Shown: positions 17,599-28,800, numbered from the stretch's first letter. The stretch is 64,000 nt of DNA from an uncultured delta proteobacterium (GCA_963845515.1 CAWJSR010000057.1:194812-258811); one strand, 5' to 3'. The notes: generated from the sequence alone by a model not told the origin. Program-made: numbers and translations.

Positions 17599-17988
17599 CT
17601 AGCGCAGCGCCTTGACCGCCGCCTTCACGTCGGAGACCGCCAGGTACAGGTTCACCTGCGTGGCGCTGCGTGCGGTCCCCACGTACGCGTAGAGGACGTT
17701 CACGCCGCCGGCACCCAGCCGGTCCGCGACCTCGCCGAGCGCCCCCGGACGATCCTTGATCCGCACCTCCACGACCTCGTCCTCCGTCGTCTCCCATCCG
17801 TGCTTGCGGAAGATCCGCCTCGCCACCGCCGGCTTGTCCACCACGACCCGGACGAACCCGCGCCCATCGAACGTCGCCGCCATGAAGGCGCGGATGCTCA
17901 CCTTGGACTCGCCGAGCGCGTCGGCGACCCGCCCCAGCATACCCGGACGATCCTCGACCCACGCGGAGAGCTGCTTGGCCTTCGGCAT
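17599..17988 (-). CDS. Tandem ACT-domain protein
   Basis: EDRPGML and KDRPGAL ACT motifs, NVLYAY; AGGAGG RBS. Confidence 0.88.
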   Translation of the reverse strand: MPKAKQLSAWVEDRPGMLGRVADALGESKVSIRAFMAATFDGRGFVRVVVDKPAVARRIFRKHGWETTEDEVVEVRIKDRPGALGEVADRLGAGGVNVLYAYVGTARSATQVNLYLAVSDVKAAVKALR

Positions 17989-18146
17989 TCGATCCTCCTG
18001 GCCGCGGGAGCGCCCCGCAGCCTGCGATCCCACTCTGCACCGCCCACCGGTCGGCTGGGAAGTCCCTTGCCGCGCCGCCCCCGTGGGCTCCACCGACCGG
18101 CCGCCCAGCGTGGCCGGTGGAGGCCTTTCGTGGTACGTCGATCGGG

Positions 18147-19370
18147 ATGCGAGCGAGTTCGCCGGAGAGGACGGAGGCACGAGGGCTGCGGCTGCAGCTC
18201 GCGCTGCGCAGCGGCGGCCTCTCGTTCGCTCTGGTCATGGTCGCAGGGCTCGTCCTGGAGTGGCTCCACCCGGACGTCCGGGCCTTCCACCTGCTCCTGC
18301 TCCTCGTGGCGGCGCTCTCAGCGGGCGCCATCGGCGCGGTCGCTGGCGCGAGGACGGGTCGCTCCATCGCGCTGCCGCTCGCGGCCCTCAGCGACTCCCT
18401 GCAGGGCGCAGCGGGGACGGGCGCGGTCCCTGCGCTGCCGCTGAACGCGCCGGCCGAGATCGGGGCCGCCGCCAGGAGCGTCGCGGGGATGGCTCGCGCC
18501 TTCGTCGTGGCGCGCGAGGATCTCGCGGGGGCCGCCGGGCGGATCCACGTCGAGTCCGAGGCCATCCACGACGCGGCCTCGCGCCGCTCGGCCCAGTCCC
18601 AGTCCGAGGCGGCCGCGATCAACCAGACCAACGCCGCGGCCGTCGAGATCGCGCAGTCGACCCAGCGGGCGCTGGAGCGGGCGGACTCCGTCATCGAGAT
18701 GGCGCAGCGCTCCGAGGATCTGAGCGCCGACGGCGCTCGCGTGGTGGCCGGCGCGGTCAAGGCAACGGGGACGCTCGCCGAGCAGGTCCGGCGCGTGACG
18801 TCCATGGTGTCCGAGCTCTCGGAGCGGACCTCCCAGATCGCCGAGATCGTCGTCACCGTCCAGGACCTCGCGGAGCAGACGGACCTCGTCGCCCTCAACG
18901 CCTCGGTCGAGGCCGCCAAGGCGGGCGAGCAGGGGCGCGGGTTCGCCGTGGTCGCCATGGAGATGCGACAGCTCGCGGAGCAGTCCAGGCAGGCCGCGAC
19001 GCAGGTCCGCACGATCCTCACCGAGATCGACCGCGGGACGCAGGTCTCCGCGAACGCCACCGAGGAGGGCGTGGCGCACGCGCAGGAGGCCCAGCACCTG
19101 GCCATGGCCGCCGGCGAGGCGCTGGACGGCCTCATCCTCGTCATCCGCAGCTCGGCCGGTGCCGCCCGTGAGATCGCCGAGGCGGCGCGCAGCCAGACCG
19201 GGGAGGTCCAGTCGATGGTCTCCTCCTTCGCCCAGCTGGTGCGGACGCTCAACGCGGGCGCCGAGGATGCCATCGCGCTCGAGCGCTCGGCCAAGGCGCT
19301 GGCCGACCTGTCGCGGGCGCTGGCTCACAGCGCCTCCGGGCAGCCGCTCGGGCCCGGGGCCGGAGCGTGA
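18147..19370 (+). CDS. Methyl-accepting chemotaxis protein
   Basis: AEQTDLVALNASVEAAKAGEQGRGFAVVA hairpin tip; two N-terminal TM helices. Confidence 0.9.
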   Translation: MRASSPERTEARGLRLQLALRSGGLSFALVMVAGLVLEWLHPDVRAFHLLLLLVAALSAGAIGAVAGARTGRSIALPLAALSDSLQGAAGTGAVPALPLNAPAEIGAAARSVAGMARAFVVAREDLAGAAGRIHVESEAIHDAASRRSAQSQSEAAAINQTNAAAVEIAQSTQRALERADSVIEMAQRSEDLSADGARVVAGAVKATGTLAEQVRRVTSMVSELSERTSQIAEIVVTVQDLAEQTDLVALNASVEAAKAGEQGRGFAVVAMEMRQLAEQSRQAATQVRTILTEIDRGTQVSANATEEGVAHAQEAQHLAMAAGEALDGLILVIRSSAGAAREIAEAARSQTGEVQSMVSSFAQLVRTLNAGAEDAIALERSAKALADLSRALAHSASGQPLGPGAGA

Positions 19371-19957
19371 GTCACACCCCGGTCCGCAGGCTCCCGGAGG
19401 GGCGCTGCGCGCGCTGCGCCTTCCCCCGCGAGCTCTGCCTGTGCGACCAGATCCCGCGGCTGGAGGTGCAGGTCCAGTTCGTGATCCTCCGGCACGCGAG
19501 CGAGATCCCCCGCCTCACGAGCACCGCGCGCTGGGCTGCCCTGGCGCTGCCGGGCGCCCAGATCGTCGACTACGCCCTCCCCGGCCCTCCGATAGAAGGC
19601 GGCTTCCTCGCCGGGGAAGGCACCTGGGCCCTCTTCCCCTCCGGCGAGCCGACGCCCCCCGGCAGCGCGCGCCCGCGCCGGATCGTGGTTCCGGACGGCA
19701 CGTGGCAGCAGGCGCGCAGGATGATGCAGCGCGTCCCGGCCCTGCAGCGGCTCCCGCGCCTCACGCTGCCCCCAGCCGTCCCCGCCCCGCGCATGCGGCG
19801 CCCTCCCATCGCAGGCGGGATGTCGACGCTGGAGGCGATCGCGGAGGCGCTGCGCCACCTGGGGCACGTCGCTGAGGCGGAGCGGCTCCTCCTCATGCAC
19901 GCCATCGCAGTCGACCGCGTGTCGAGGCTGCGCGGGATGCCGGCGGCGGTCGGCTAG
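19367..19957 (+). CDS. DTW-domain tRNA-uridine aminocarboxypropyltransferase
   Basis: CxxC...CLC, HASE, PDGTWQQA, MSTLEA. Confidence 0.9.
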   Translation: MSHTPVRRLPEGRCARCAFPRELCLCDQIPRLEVQVQFVILRHASEIPRLTSTARWAALALPGAQIVDYALPGPPIEGGFLAGEGTWALFPSGEPTPPGSARPRRIVVPDGTWQQARRMMQRVPALQRLPRLTLPPAVPAPRMRRPPIAGGMSTLEAIAEALRHLGHVAEAERLLLMHAIAVDRVSRLRGMPAAVG

Positions 19958-20001
19958 GCAAGACGGCTGGACCCGCAGTCACGCGAGCGTGGAAGTCGAG
20001 G

Positions 20002-20033
20002 GACTTGCCGTTTCGGCAAGTCGGCGTTAGGTT
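20002..20033 (+). promoter_or_regulatory. Sigma70-like promoter with overlapping palindromic operator for the TA operon
   Basis: TTGCCG (20005-10), 17 nt, TAGGTT (20028-33); perfect inverted repeat GACTTGCCG-TTT-CGGCAAGTC at 20002-20022. Confidence 0.65.
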
Positions 20034-20039
20034 TGGCTG

Positions 20040-20297
20040 GTGGACGCCGCCACTGCGCTCGTGGACATTCGAGGGTACGCCGCCGCCAACAGGATCCGCA
20101 TCCTTCGCCACGCATGGCAGCGGATGGGCGAGCGGGGCGCGCAGTACGAGGACGTCCGCCACGCCCTCGCGAGCGCCCGCAGGTGCAGGGCGGCGGACCA
20201 GGGCCGGTGGAGGGTCTCGGGCGACGACCTCGACGGGGACGAGCTCACCCTCGTCGTCGCCATCGAGGCGGGCGTGGTCGTGGTGACGGTGTACTGA
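20040..20297 (+). CDS. DUF4258-family toxin (type II TA)
   Basis: HAWQRMGERG...EDVRHAL...VVVVTVY pattern, 85 aa, upstream of a Zn-finger-HTH gene. Confidence 0.78.
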   Translation: MDAATALVDIRGYAAANRIRILRHAWQRMGERGAQYEDVRHALASARRCRAADQGRWRVSGDDLDGDELTLVVAIEAGVVVVTVY

Positions 20298-20312
20298 CGC
20301 GGGAGCAAGGTC

Positions 20313-20795
20313 ATGAAGCGGTGCATGTCGTGCAGGAGCAGCGACGTCCGGGAGGTCAGGGAGGCGGTGGAGGTGCGCGTGCCCTCGTCGCCCGAGCCGT
20401 TCGTCGTCCGCGTGACGGGGGTGTCGGCCATCAAGTGCGGGGCCTGCGGCGAGTCCGTCCTCAACGGGGCCGATCTCGGCCGGGCCGAGCTGCTCGCGGG
20501 GGCGGAGGCGATGGCGCGGGGGCTGCGGGACGGCGGCACGTTCAAGTTCATCCGCAAGGCGCTCGGGATGCGCGCCTCCGAGCTCGGCACGCTGCTCGAC
20601 GTGTCGCCGGAGACGATCTCCAGGTGGGAGAACGGCCACCGCGCCGCCGAGCGCAGCGTCTGGAACACGCTCGCGGACCTCGTGGCCGACAGGCTCAAGG
20701 GCACCAACACCACGCTGACCCGCCTGACGGTTCCGAAGGCTCGCATCCCGAAGCAGGCGATCCGGCTCAGCCTCAGCATGGCGAGTGCGAAGTAG
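20313..20795 (+). CDS. MqsA-like antitoxin (YgiT-type Zn finger + XRE HTH)
   Basis: CMSC...CGACGE; IRKALGMRASELGTLLDVSPETISRWENG. Confidence 0.85.
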   Translation: MKRCMSCRSSDVREVREAVEVRVPSSPEPFVVRVTGVSAIKCGACGESVLNGADLGRAELLAGAEAMARGLRDGGTFKFIRKALGMRASELGTLLDVSPETISRWENGHRAAERSVWNTLADLVADRLKGTNTTLTRLTVPKARIPKQAIRLSLSMASAK

Positions 20796-21149
20796 GAGCG
20801 CGGGGATGTCCGGCCAGGAACGCCACATGCTCATGCCTGCCGGCGTGACTCCCGTCCGACAAATCCTCAGGGGGACCACGCACCTCGTCGCGCGCCGCGC
20901 ACCGGGGCGATCTTCCTGTATGCCCTCGCGCTCGCGGCCCAGCGTTACGGGATCCTTGTCCACGCGTACTGCCTCGCGTGCATCGCTCACTCGCTCAGCC
21001 TTCACCCCTCCCGAGCTCGCCTTGACGTTCAACGTCTACCGCGCCTCGTGCAACGCACCGGCGCGGGCGATCACGTAGCCGGTGCGGCCGCTCGGGAGCT
21101 TCACCCGGTAGTACATGAAGTCCTTCTCATTGGCCTTCGCAACAACGAC

Positions 21150-21569
21150 CAGCGGCGACCAGCAGCGCCTGCGCCGGCCCGAGGCGCTGGCCGACGAGCG
21201 TCGCGAGCCCCGGGCGCGTCGACCAGCCGTAGACCAGCGGGACGTGGATCGCGTAGGCGCCGAGCGAGGCCCTCCCCAGCGGCGCCAGGCGCGCCGCAGC
21301 GGAGGCCGGGACCCGGGTCAGGGCGGCGATCAGGACCAGGAACGCACCGATCCGGTAGACGATCAGGACGGGGTCGTTGAATGGCATCGTCCCCACGCCG
21401 GTCCAGCAGGTGGCGCCGACGGCGACGGCCCCGAGCCCGGCCAGCCACGCGGCCTCCCTGCGCCCAGCCTCCACCACCAGCAGCCCGACTGCGGCGCCCG
21501 CGAAGAAGTAGGCCATCCACGGGAAGAGCGGGAACGGCGAGGTCCCGCCGATCGCCTGCTCGAGCGCGA
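21150..21569 (-). pseudogene. Fragment of a DUF1624-like membrane acyltransferase, copy 1
   Basis: SPFPLFPWMAYFFAG and LGRASLGAYAIHVPLVYG; both ends fused to unrelated DNA; near-identical to 45060-45312. Confidence 0.6.
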
Positions 21570-21712
21570 CACCGGAGTGATGGTGGTGCCGACCAGATTC
21601 CCGTTGTTGTCGTACGAGTACCGCGTGCCGGGCAGGTCCACAGCGGACGCGTTGCTGGCGGCAGCCGCGAGCACGACCATCACCAGAGTCTCCGGCGATT
21701 CCAGATCTTCAT
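21570..21712 (-). pseudogene. 5' remnant of a signal-peptide + YD-repeat gene
   Basis: VMVVLAAAASNASA-VDLPGTRYSYDNNGNLVG, then runs into the acyltransferase fragment. Confidence 0.4.
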
Positions 21713-21987
21713 GGGCTGGGCCCCCCAGGGTTCCGGCCGTGCAACTGCACCTGCGACCCTCAGTGTTCCGAAGACGTCCTTATACCCGAGCAAGAGCACA
21801 ATGAGTGGAATGATCCCGCGGACCCTGCGCTCCAGCGGCTGACACGGTTCCAACGCGCCTACCGAGAGGCGCTCGACGCGTGGCGAACGGGGCAGCGCGA
21901 CTTCCGGCGCCCCCCCCCACGCCTGCGATGAGCCGGTCGCCCGAGTACTGGTACGTTTCTGCGTCTGGGCTTGATCAAGCCCAGTCC

Positions 21988-22212
21988 TCATCGGAACTGA
22001 ATGATCCCGAGAAGAGCGAGCCACCCGATCACGAAGAAGCCCGCGCCGACAACCGTTGCGACGGTCATGGCCACGAAGACAGCTTGCTGGTCGAACTTGA
22101 ACCCCCATGCACGCGCCTGCTGCTCAAGAACGAAGTGACCAAACCGCCTCCGAAACGCGACCATTGCGCCGCCGACACAGATCGCAGCCACTCCGAGGAT
22201 CCATTGGGTCAT
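21988..22212 (-). CDS. Putative Rhs immunity protein (2 TM)
   Basis: Directly downstream of an Rhs tip; homologous to 38666..38869. Confidence 0.7.
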   Translation of the reverse strand: MTQWILGVAAICVGGAMVAFRRRFGHFVLEQQARAWGFKFDQQAVFVAMTVATVVGAGFFVIGWLALLGIIQFR

Positions 22213-22222
22213 TGCGTCGCCC

Positions 22223-23300
22223 CTAGCGGCACTTCTCTTCCGGCTTCATGAGTTCACGCGAGACGTAGTAGCCCGTCAGGGACGCGCCGGGAGGCCACCC
22301 AATGCCCGCCTCCCAGAACCAACCTCCGTCGAGGGCGTAGCCCACCTGACCTGCCGGCCCCGCCTGGCCCTGCAACCCGAAGTTCCATCCGGGTGAGACG
22401 CTCCCGGGTGACCATGTGATCGAGCCGCCCACCCCAGGAATCATGAACCCGCCGCCTCCGTAGACATGGAAGCTGGACTCCTTCGAATCGAGCATGATCC
22501 CGAATGTCCCGCCGACTCCGAACCAACCACCAGAAAGATTGAGGTCCAGATACCAGAGCCCCCAAGGGTCCGTGTACCGCAGCGGATTCCCCTCCGCATA
22601 CCCGTACCAGTTCGGCCCGTAGAACCCGTTGAACCCACCCGCCTTCGCGATGGGGTCCAACTCCAGATACCTCCCGAGGGAGGGCAGGTACCACCGATTC
22701 CAGTTGTAGTACGGCCCCTGCAGTCCGACCGAGGCGAGGAGCCTCTCGTCGTACTGCCCCGGCAGCCTCAGGTTCGTCACGACCGTGCGCCCTGAGACGC
22801 TGTCCGTGAATGTCGTCTCCCCGATATCCCCGTACGGCCGCGCCGTCGCCTGCCAGACGGTCTGTCCGCTGGAGTTCGTCAGCGCGCGCGGCAGGCCAAT
22901 GTGATCGACGTGCACGGCGTAGGTGTACCGCTCGCTCGCGCCTGGGTGTTCCTCCTGCGCCACTGGCCTCCCGTCCAGCCAGACGTACTCCCGCACGGTC
23001 CGCCACGGGCTCGCCGGAACACCAGTCCGCTCGTACTCACCCATGGTCTCCCCGCCCGGCAGGAACGAGAAGTACGTCTTCTTCCCCGTCGCGCCGTCGG
23101 TCCTCGCGACGCGCCGGTTCATCGCGTCGTACTCGAACCGCGCCACCACCGACGTCACAGCCGCTTCCGTCCGGCATGCGAGCGCGTCCGGGCCGCCGGA
23201 ACACGGCGCCGCATTCCCGACCAGCACCAGCCTTCCCAGCGCATCGTGCACCATGCAGACCGTCTGCGTTATGCTCGTCCCCGCAGAGTCGTAGGTCGAG
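22223..23300 (-). pseudogene. Orphan Rhs core end + Gly-rich C-terminal toxin
   Basis: NLRLPGQYDE...YNWNRWY..GRYLELDPI...NPLRYTDPWGL; homology to the main Rhs starts abruptly at about 23300. Confidence 0.88.
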
Positions 23301-23324
23301 GGGGACTTCACAAGGATGGCGGGC

Positions 23325-23870
23325 CTACTTCGACTCCTTGGCTCGGCGTCGGGCAACGCCTTGCGCCTGACGCTTGGAGCCGTGGGAGGCGGTCGCGCGG
23401 AACTCAACGCCCGCGTGGTGGACATCAACCAATGCATCTCGTCTAACGAGGTGAGGATGCTCGCTGCACGACTCAATCCTCACCTTGTAGTGCTGCAAGT
23501 CGACGTATCCGAAGTCGTCCCAGTCATGGAAGTCAACGAAGGCAAGGACGAGCCCTTTCGCCCTAAGTCTCTTCACCGGGTCGTCCCAGTAGAGGTTTCC
23601 GTCTGAGCTTGGTCGATTGACCATAATCGGTACCGGGTCGCTATTGGGCCGCAGAAGGAGAAACGGAGCCGGCTCGTCGCGCGGCGACCGCTTGAACGAC
23701 CCCATGCCAATCGGCCGGAGCACCAACTGTTCGAAGAGGACGCGTTGGATGGCACGGAAAGCATCTACTGCATCGAAGTCGACGTAGGGCTCCGCACTCG
23801 GACGCATGGCTGCGTTCCAGACGCTACGGGCGCATTCACGGTACGCTAACATCAACTCGGTCACGTCCAT
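23325..23870 (-). CDS. Putative soluble Rhs immunity protein
   Basis: Follows the Rhs tip at 23903; paralog of 49393..49825 (YWDDPV.RLRA.GL...HPHLV.R.ALV). Confidence 0.7.
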   Translation of the reverse strand: MDVTELMLAYRECARSVWNAAMRPSAEPYVDFDAVDAFRAIQRVLFEQLVLRPIGMGSFKRSPRDEPAPFLLLRPNSDPVPIMVNRPSSDGNLYWDDPVKRLRAKGLVLAFVDFHDWDDFGYVDLQHYKVRIESCSEHPHLVRRDALVDVHHAGVEFRATASHGSKRQAQGVARRRAKESK

Positions 23871-23902
23871 CGCACGTCCCTCGCAAGAACCGGCGGGCGA
23901 CT

Positions 23903-24754
23903 CTACAGGTGATCCCGCTTCGGATTGCACATGCAGGTCAACGGGTTCTGGTCCCAGACCATCTGGTGACCGACGCACGTGTCCTGACCGGGAGTCTTCC
24001 ACTGCGGAGAGTTCGGCCCACACGGATTGCAGTCGCCTCCCGCGTTCCGCCCAGGATTGAACGGCTTATAGCCGTCTGTCCACGGAGGGTCACTGTGGCC
24101 TCGCCTCCGACCGCCAGGTGGACCCATCCAGAATTCGAGCGCCGTCTGCATCCAGTCGTCCACTACGGGAAACACGTAGCGGATGCCCGTGCCGGCCGCT
24201 GCGCCGCCGATCGCCGCCCATACAATTGGCCCTGCTGCAGCGCCAACGCCAACCATGGGCCCGTTCGCGGCTGCGGGTATCATGGGCATGTTGGCAGGAA
24301 GCGGTATGAACGGCACTGGGGTTACGGGCACAACTTGCAAGGCGTTGGAATCGAAGAACGCTAGTGGATTCCCCTCCGCACACCCGTACCAGTTCGGCCC
24401 GTAGAACCCGTTGAACCCACCCGCCTTCGCGATGGGGTCCAGCTCCAGATACCTCCCCACGGAGGGCAAGTACCACCTGTTCCAGTTGTAGTACGGCCCC
24501 TGCAACCCGACGCTCGCCAGCAGCCTCTCGTCGTACTGTCCCGGCAGCCGCAGGTTCGTCACCATCAGTCGGTCTGATGCGAGTTCACCGTAGGAGCAGG
24601 ACGAAGCCCAGCACGATCCGCTGCTTGGCTCCGCTTCGCGCCCTGAAGGTGCCCCACGGGCTTCGTCGGATCCCCTGACGCGGTTCTCGGCGGAGATGGA
24701 CGAGGAGGAGGGCCAGTAGCCCTGGAACGTGTTGGTCGCGATGGCCCCCGTCAT
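23903..24754 (-). CDS. Rhs tip (core motif + Gly-zipper + Cys/His-rich toxin) fused to a non-Rhs leader lying directly after the recombinase
   Basis: ...AENRVRGS...YGELASDRLM|VTNLRLPGQYDE...NPLAFFDSNAL + unique C-terminus; Rhs homology starts at about 24562. Confidence 0.75.
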   Translation of the reverse strand: MTGAIATNTFQGYWPSSSSISAENRVRGSDEARGAPSGREAEPSSGSCWASSCSYGELASDRLMVTNLRLPGQYDERLLASVGLQGPYYNWNRWYLPSVGRYLELDPIAKAGGFNGFYGPNWYGCAEGNPLAFFDSNALQVVPVTPVPFIPLPANMPMIPAAANGPMVGVGAAAGPIVWAAIGGAAAGTGIRYVFPVVDDWMQTALEFWMGPPGGRRRGHSDPPWTDGYKPFNPGRNAGGDCNPCGPNSPQWKTPGQDTCVGHQMVWDQNPLTCMCNPKRDHL

Positions 24755-24792
24755 CACGCCCTGCACTCTACCCGGTTCACGGTGGGAGCGGG

Positions 24793-25867
24793 CTACTCGC
24801 CGTCCTCGTCGGCCTCCTCGTCGAGCTGCGCCAGGATCTCGGCCCGGTCCTGCTCCTTCTCGTCCTCGGCCTCGTTGTCGCCCTGCTTGCGCTCCAGCTT
24901 CGCGCCGGGGTGGGTGGCCGTGTGGATCTCCTTCAGCTTCCGGATCGAGACCTGCGTGTAGAGCTGCGTGGAGGCCAGGTTCTCGTGGCCGAGCATCTGC
25001 TGGATGAACCTCGTGTCGGCCCCGCCCTCCAGCATGAGCGTCGCCATCGTGTGGCGGAACAGGTGGCAGGAGCCCCGCTTCCCCACCCCGGCCGCCTCCA
25101 CGTAGCCGCGCACGAGGTCGGAGAGGTGGCCGGGGGTGAGCGGCATCCCCTCGTTCCCCAGGAACAGGTAGCCGTCGTCCGGCTCCATCGCGAGCTGGGG
25201 TCGGACCTCGCGCAGGTACTTCTCCACCCAGAGCTGCGCCCGCTCGCCGATGGGGACCACCCGGTCCTTCTTCCCCTTGCCGAGCCGGATCATCACGGTG
25301 CCCCGCTCCTGGTCGATCCCGAAGATGGTGAGCGCGACCAGCTCCTTGCGCCGGATGCCGGTCGAGTAGAGGAGCTCCATGATGGCCCGGTCGCGCACGC
25401 CCAGGGGCACGCGGAGGTCGGGCTGGGCCAGCACCTTCTCCACCTCCTCGATGGAGAGGATCGCCTTCGGGAGCCGCTTCTCCGTGCGCGGAAGCTCCAG
25501 CTCGCTCGCCGGGTTGTAGAGCAGGTAGTTGTTCCGGGTGAGCCAGCGGAAGAAGACGGTCACCACCATGAGCCGCGTGTACTGGGTCGAGCGGCTGCCC
25601 GTTCTTCTTGCGGTAGTAGAACATCCACCGCTGGTACCGCTGGAGGATGGGCCGGGTGATCTCGGCCGAGCGGAGGAGCCCGCGCTCCTCGCACCAGTTG
25701 GCGAGGTAGTGGAGCACCTGGGCGCGGTGCTCCACGGAGTCCTCGGTGTAGCCGCGCACCTGCATCCACTCCAGGTAGGCCGCGATGTTCCCGCGCATCG
25801 TCCGGTGGTCGGCTCCGGCGTGGAGGGTGCGGAACGAGTGGCGGGGCTTCTTCGTGCGCTTCGCCAT
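24793..25867 (-). CDS. XerC/XerD-like tyrosine recombinase; frameshift near 25580
   Basis: RDRAIMELLYSTGIRRKE, GKGKKDR, HLFRH, LGHENLASTQLY (R-K-H-R-H-Y set complete); TGATG overlap with the primase gene. Confidence 0.92.
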
Positions 25868-28800
25868 CACGCGCCTCCCTCGCCCTGCGGGTACGACGTG
25901 CTGGAGGTGGCGTCCTGCAGTGCGATCTCCTGCGTGGGCCGCGATCTCCATGGGCATCTGCCGGGCCGTGCTCGCGTTCTCGGGCTTGGGCTTGGACCCC
26001 GAGGGGCCTCGGTGACCCGGCTCGACGAGGGCTCGACCGGACCCTCGACCGTCGCCCGTCGACCCCTCGAACCTTCAGCTTCTCGACCTCGATGAGGCCC
26101 GACGAGGAACGGCTCGCCGCCCTGCCCGTGGCCGTCGTAGAGCAGCTCGTAGACGAAGCTCTGCCCGCGGCCGCCGCGGTGGACGAGGACGTACTCCAGC
26201 GCCGACGAGGCGCTCCAGGTGGATCCGCAGCTGGTGTCGCCCCAGCCGGTGGCGTCCCGCACGTCGCGTCGGCTGAAGCGGTAGGCGCTCCGCTCGAGTC
26301 CTGGCGCTCGCGCAGCCGTCCGTCACCATCTCGTCGAGCAGGAGCGAGGAGCCGCCGCGTCTGCGGCGGCAGCTCGTCGAGGCTCCGGCCGAGGACCTCG
26401 TGCGGCGAGCCGGTTCGCGAGGGCGATGTCGTCGAGCGTCACCTCGACGTACTCGACCTGCTGCGCCGCCGTGCTCGACCGTCTTCACCGGCCGCTGGTA
26501 CTGGTGGAGAAGCGCGATGGCGTCGGATGAGCGTCGAGGTACTTGACGTGGTCGCGCCGCGTCCGCGTCCGGTCGTCGAGGAAGGTCAGCTCGGGGGCGT
26601 AGGGGTTGTCGACGAGGAGCGGCCGGAGCAGCCGCTGGGCGTCGCGGTGGAGCTTCAGCGACCTGGCTTCCCGGTCGCGGCGCGCGAGGAGGCCGTCGAG
26701 CGTCTGCCGCTCGCCGCTGGAGCTGGTGGATGGCGCCGGGTCTGCTCGCGGTTCTCGTCGACCGTCAGGACGAGGCAGCGGTTGAGGAGCTCCTCGTCGA
26801 TCTCGATGGCCGTCGTCGTCAGGAAGATCATCACCGGCCCTTCGACCCGGTACTCCTGCGTGACGAGCCGGCCCGTCTGCGGGTCCTTGCCGGTGCGAGG
26901 CGATCGACAGCTCGCCCTCGGACTGGAGGAGCTTCAGGGCGTAGCTCGCCTTCTCCGCGCCCTCCTCCTCGGCGATGGCGAGGATCTTGTGCTGGAGGTC
27001 CTGCCCTCGCCGATGTAGAAGAGCGACTGGCCCGTCAGGGCCGAGTACTTCTCCGGTCCTCCTCGGGCACGAAGGCGAGGACGGCCTCCATGAGCGCCGA
27101 CTTCCCGGCCGCGCGAGCTGACTGGACGATGACGGCCAGCGGCTTGTCGAGCTTCCGCGAGACGGCCGCGAGGTAGGCCGATGAGCTTGTTGGTGTCCTC
27201 GCCCACGAGGCCGCACGCTCTCGAAGTCGTCGAGGATGCGGTCGAGGAGGCTGGGGGTCGCGCAGGAGGTCGAGCGCGGCATCCCGGTCGGCGTCGGAGA
27301 ACGCGACGGCCTTCTCGCTTCGGCTCCAGCGTCTTCCGGATCTGCTCCTCCTGGAGCTCCTCCAGCTTGAGCAGGACCTGGCCGAGGTCGCGCTTGATCG
27401 TCTCGTCGCTCAGGCCCAGCTCCGTGCGCGGCCTGCTTCTCGAAGGCGGCGCGCTGCCGGGCCGAGTAGAGGTCGAGGGTGTCGACGTGGAAGGTGGGGC
27501 CCATCCCTGGCGGCTCGGGGTCGAGCGTCACGAGCAGGTTCACGCGCAAGGCGTCGTAGCTCATGTTCCGTCCGAGCCCTCGCACCCGGTAGCGCCGCTC
27601 TCCGAGCGGGATGATCACCTCCTCGTCCTTCACGTCGGCCGGCACGTCAGGAGTCGCCGGAGGAGGCGGATCGGGGGCTGACGCATCTCGGGGAGCGCGG
27701 GGAACATGGGCTCCTCGGTCGCGCTCACCGCGATCGTCCGGGGAGCGATCACGGGGAAGCGCGGGCTGCAGGCATCGGCACCGGCCGGAGGTCGAGGTCG
27801 GGGCTCTTCCCCTTGCCGATCCAGATGGCCTGGCGCAGTACCTGGCCGAGAGCCTTCTGGGGCGTCGGCGGAGGTGCGGGCGTAGTCGTTCGCGTCCATC
27901 CCGTTCGGGAACTGGACCCGGTAGCAGCCGAGCCCATGGGCGAGGAGCTTCGCCGCCACGGTGTCGGACGCCTTCTCTCCATCGCCGTCACGCCGCCATG
28001 CGAGGAGCACGGTCTTCGTGCCGCCGGTCTTCAGGGCCGCGAGGAGGTCGTCGCCGATGCCCTCCGGGCCGATGGCCGCCGTGACGTTCCGGTAGCCCGC
28101 GCACCAGAAGGTGAGCGCGTCGATCAGGCTCTTCGCCAGGATGACCGCCTTCGCGCCGGTGAGCGCCTCGACGGTTCCAGACGCCGCGCATCGGGCCGGG
28201 GAGGCAGAGGTGGAGGGGCGTCCCGGCACGCAGGTTGGGCGTCGTCTTCCTGCCGTAGAGCTGCACCACCTCGCCCAGCTCCCCGAAGATCGGGATGACG
28301 AGGGATCCGGAGAGGTGCTCGTGGCCGGTCTCCCGGTAGATGCCGATCTTCGTGAGCCGGCCGCGCAGGTCGGCACCCAGCTTCCGGTTCTTCGCCGGAA
28401 GCCGCAGCCCGAGCGTCCGGTTGGCGTAGCCGAGCCGGAAGCGGTCCACCGCCTCGCGGGAGCCGATGCCGCGCTCCGTGAGGTACGCCAGCGCCTCGGG
28501 GCTCTGCTTCAAGGTCGAGTGGTAGTAGTCCACCACCTGGCGGAGCAGCTCCCGGTCGTCGGCGTCGGTGGTCACCGGGGCGGAGAGCTTCCTCACCGTC
28601 GTCCCCTTCAGCGTTCCGGCCGTCTCGATCCCCTTGAGCGGGTTCCCGTCGGCCAGCAGCTCCACGGCGTGGCGGCGGCTGACACCCTGCGCCTTCATCA
28701 CCCACTCCACGGCCGAGCCTCCGGCGTCGCAGGCGTCGCACCGCCACGAGTTGGCGTTCGGGCGGATGACGAGAGAGGTGCCGGTGTCGCCGTGGAACGG

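Noticed and set aside
23903..25957. 684-aa ORF suggesting an integrase-Rhs fusion protein
   Set aside because: It arises from a frameshift near 25580; the middle is the off-frame reading of the recombinase, which has its own stop at 24793.
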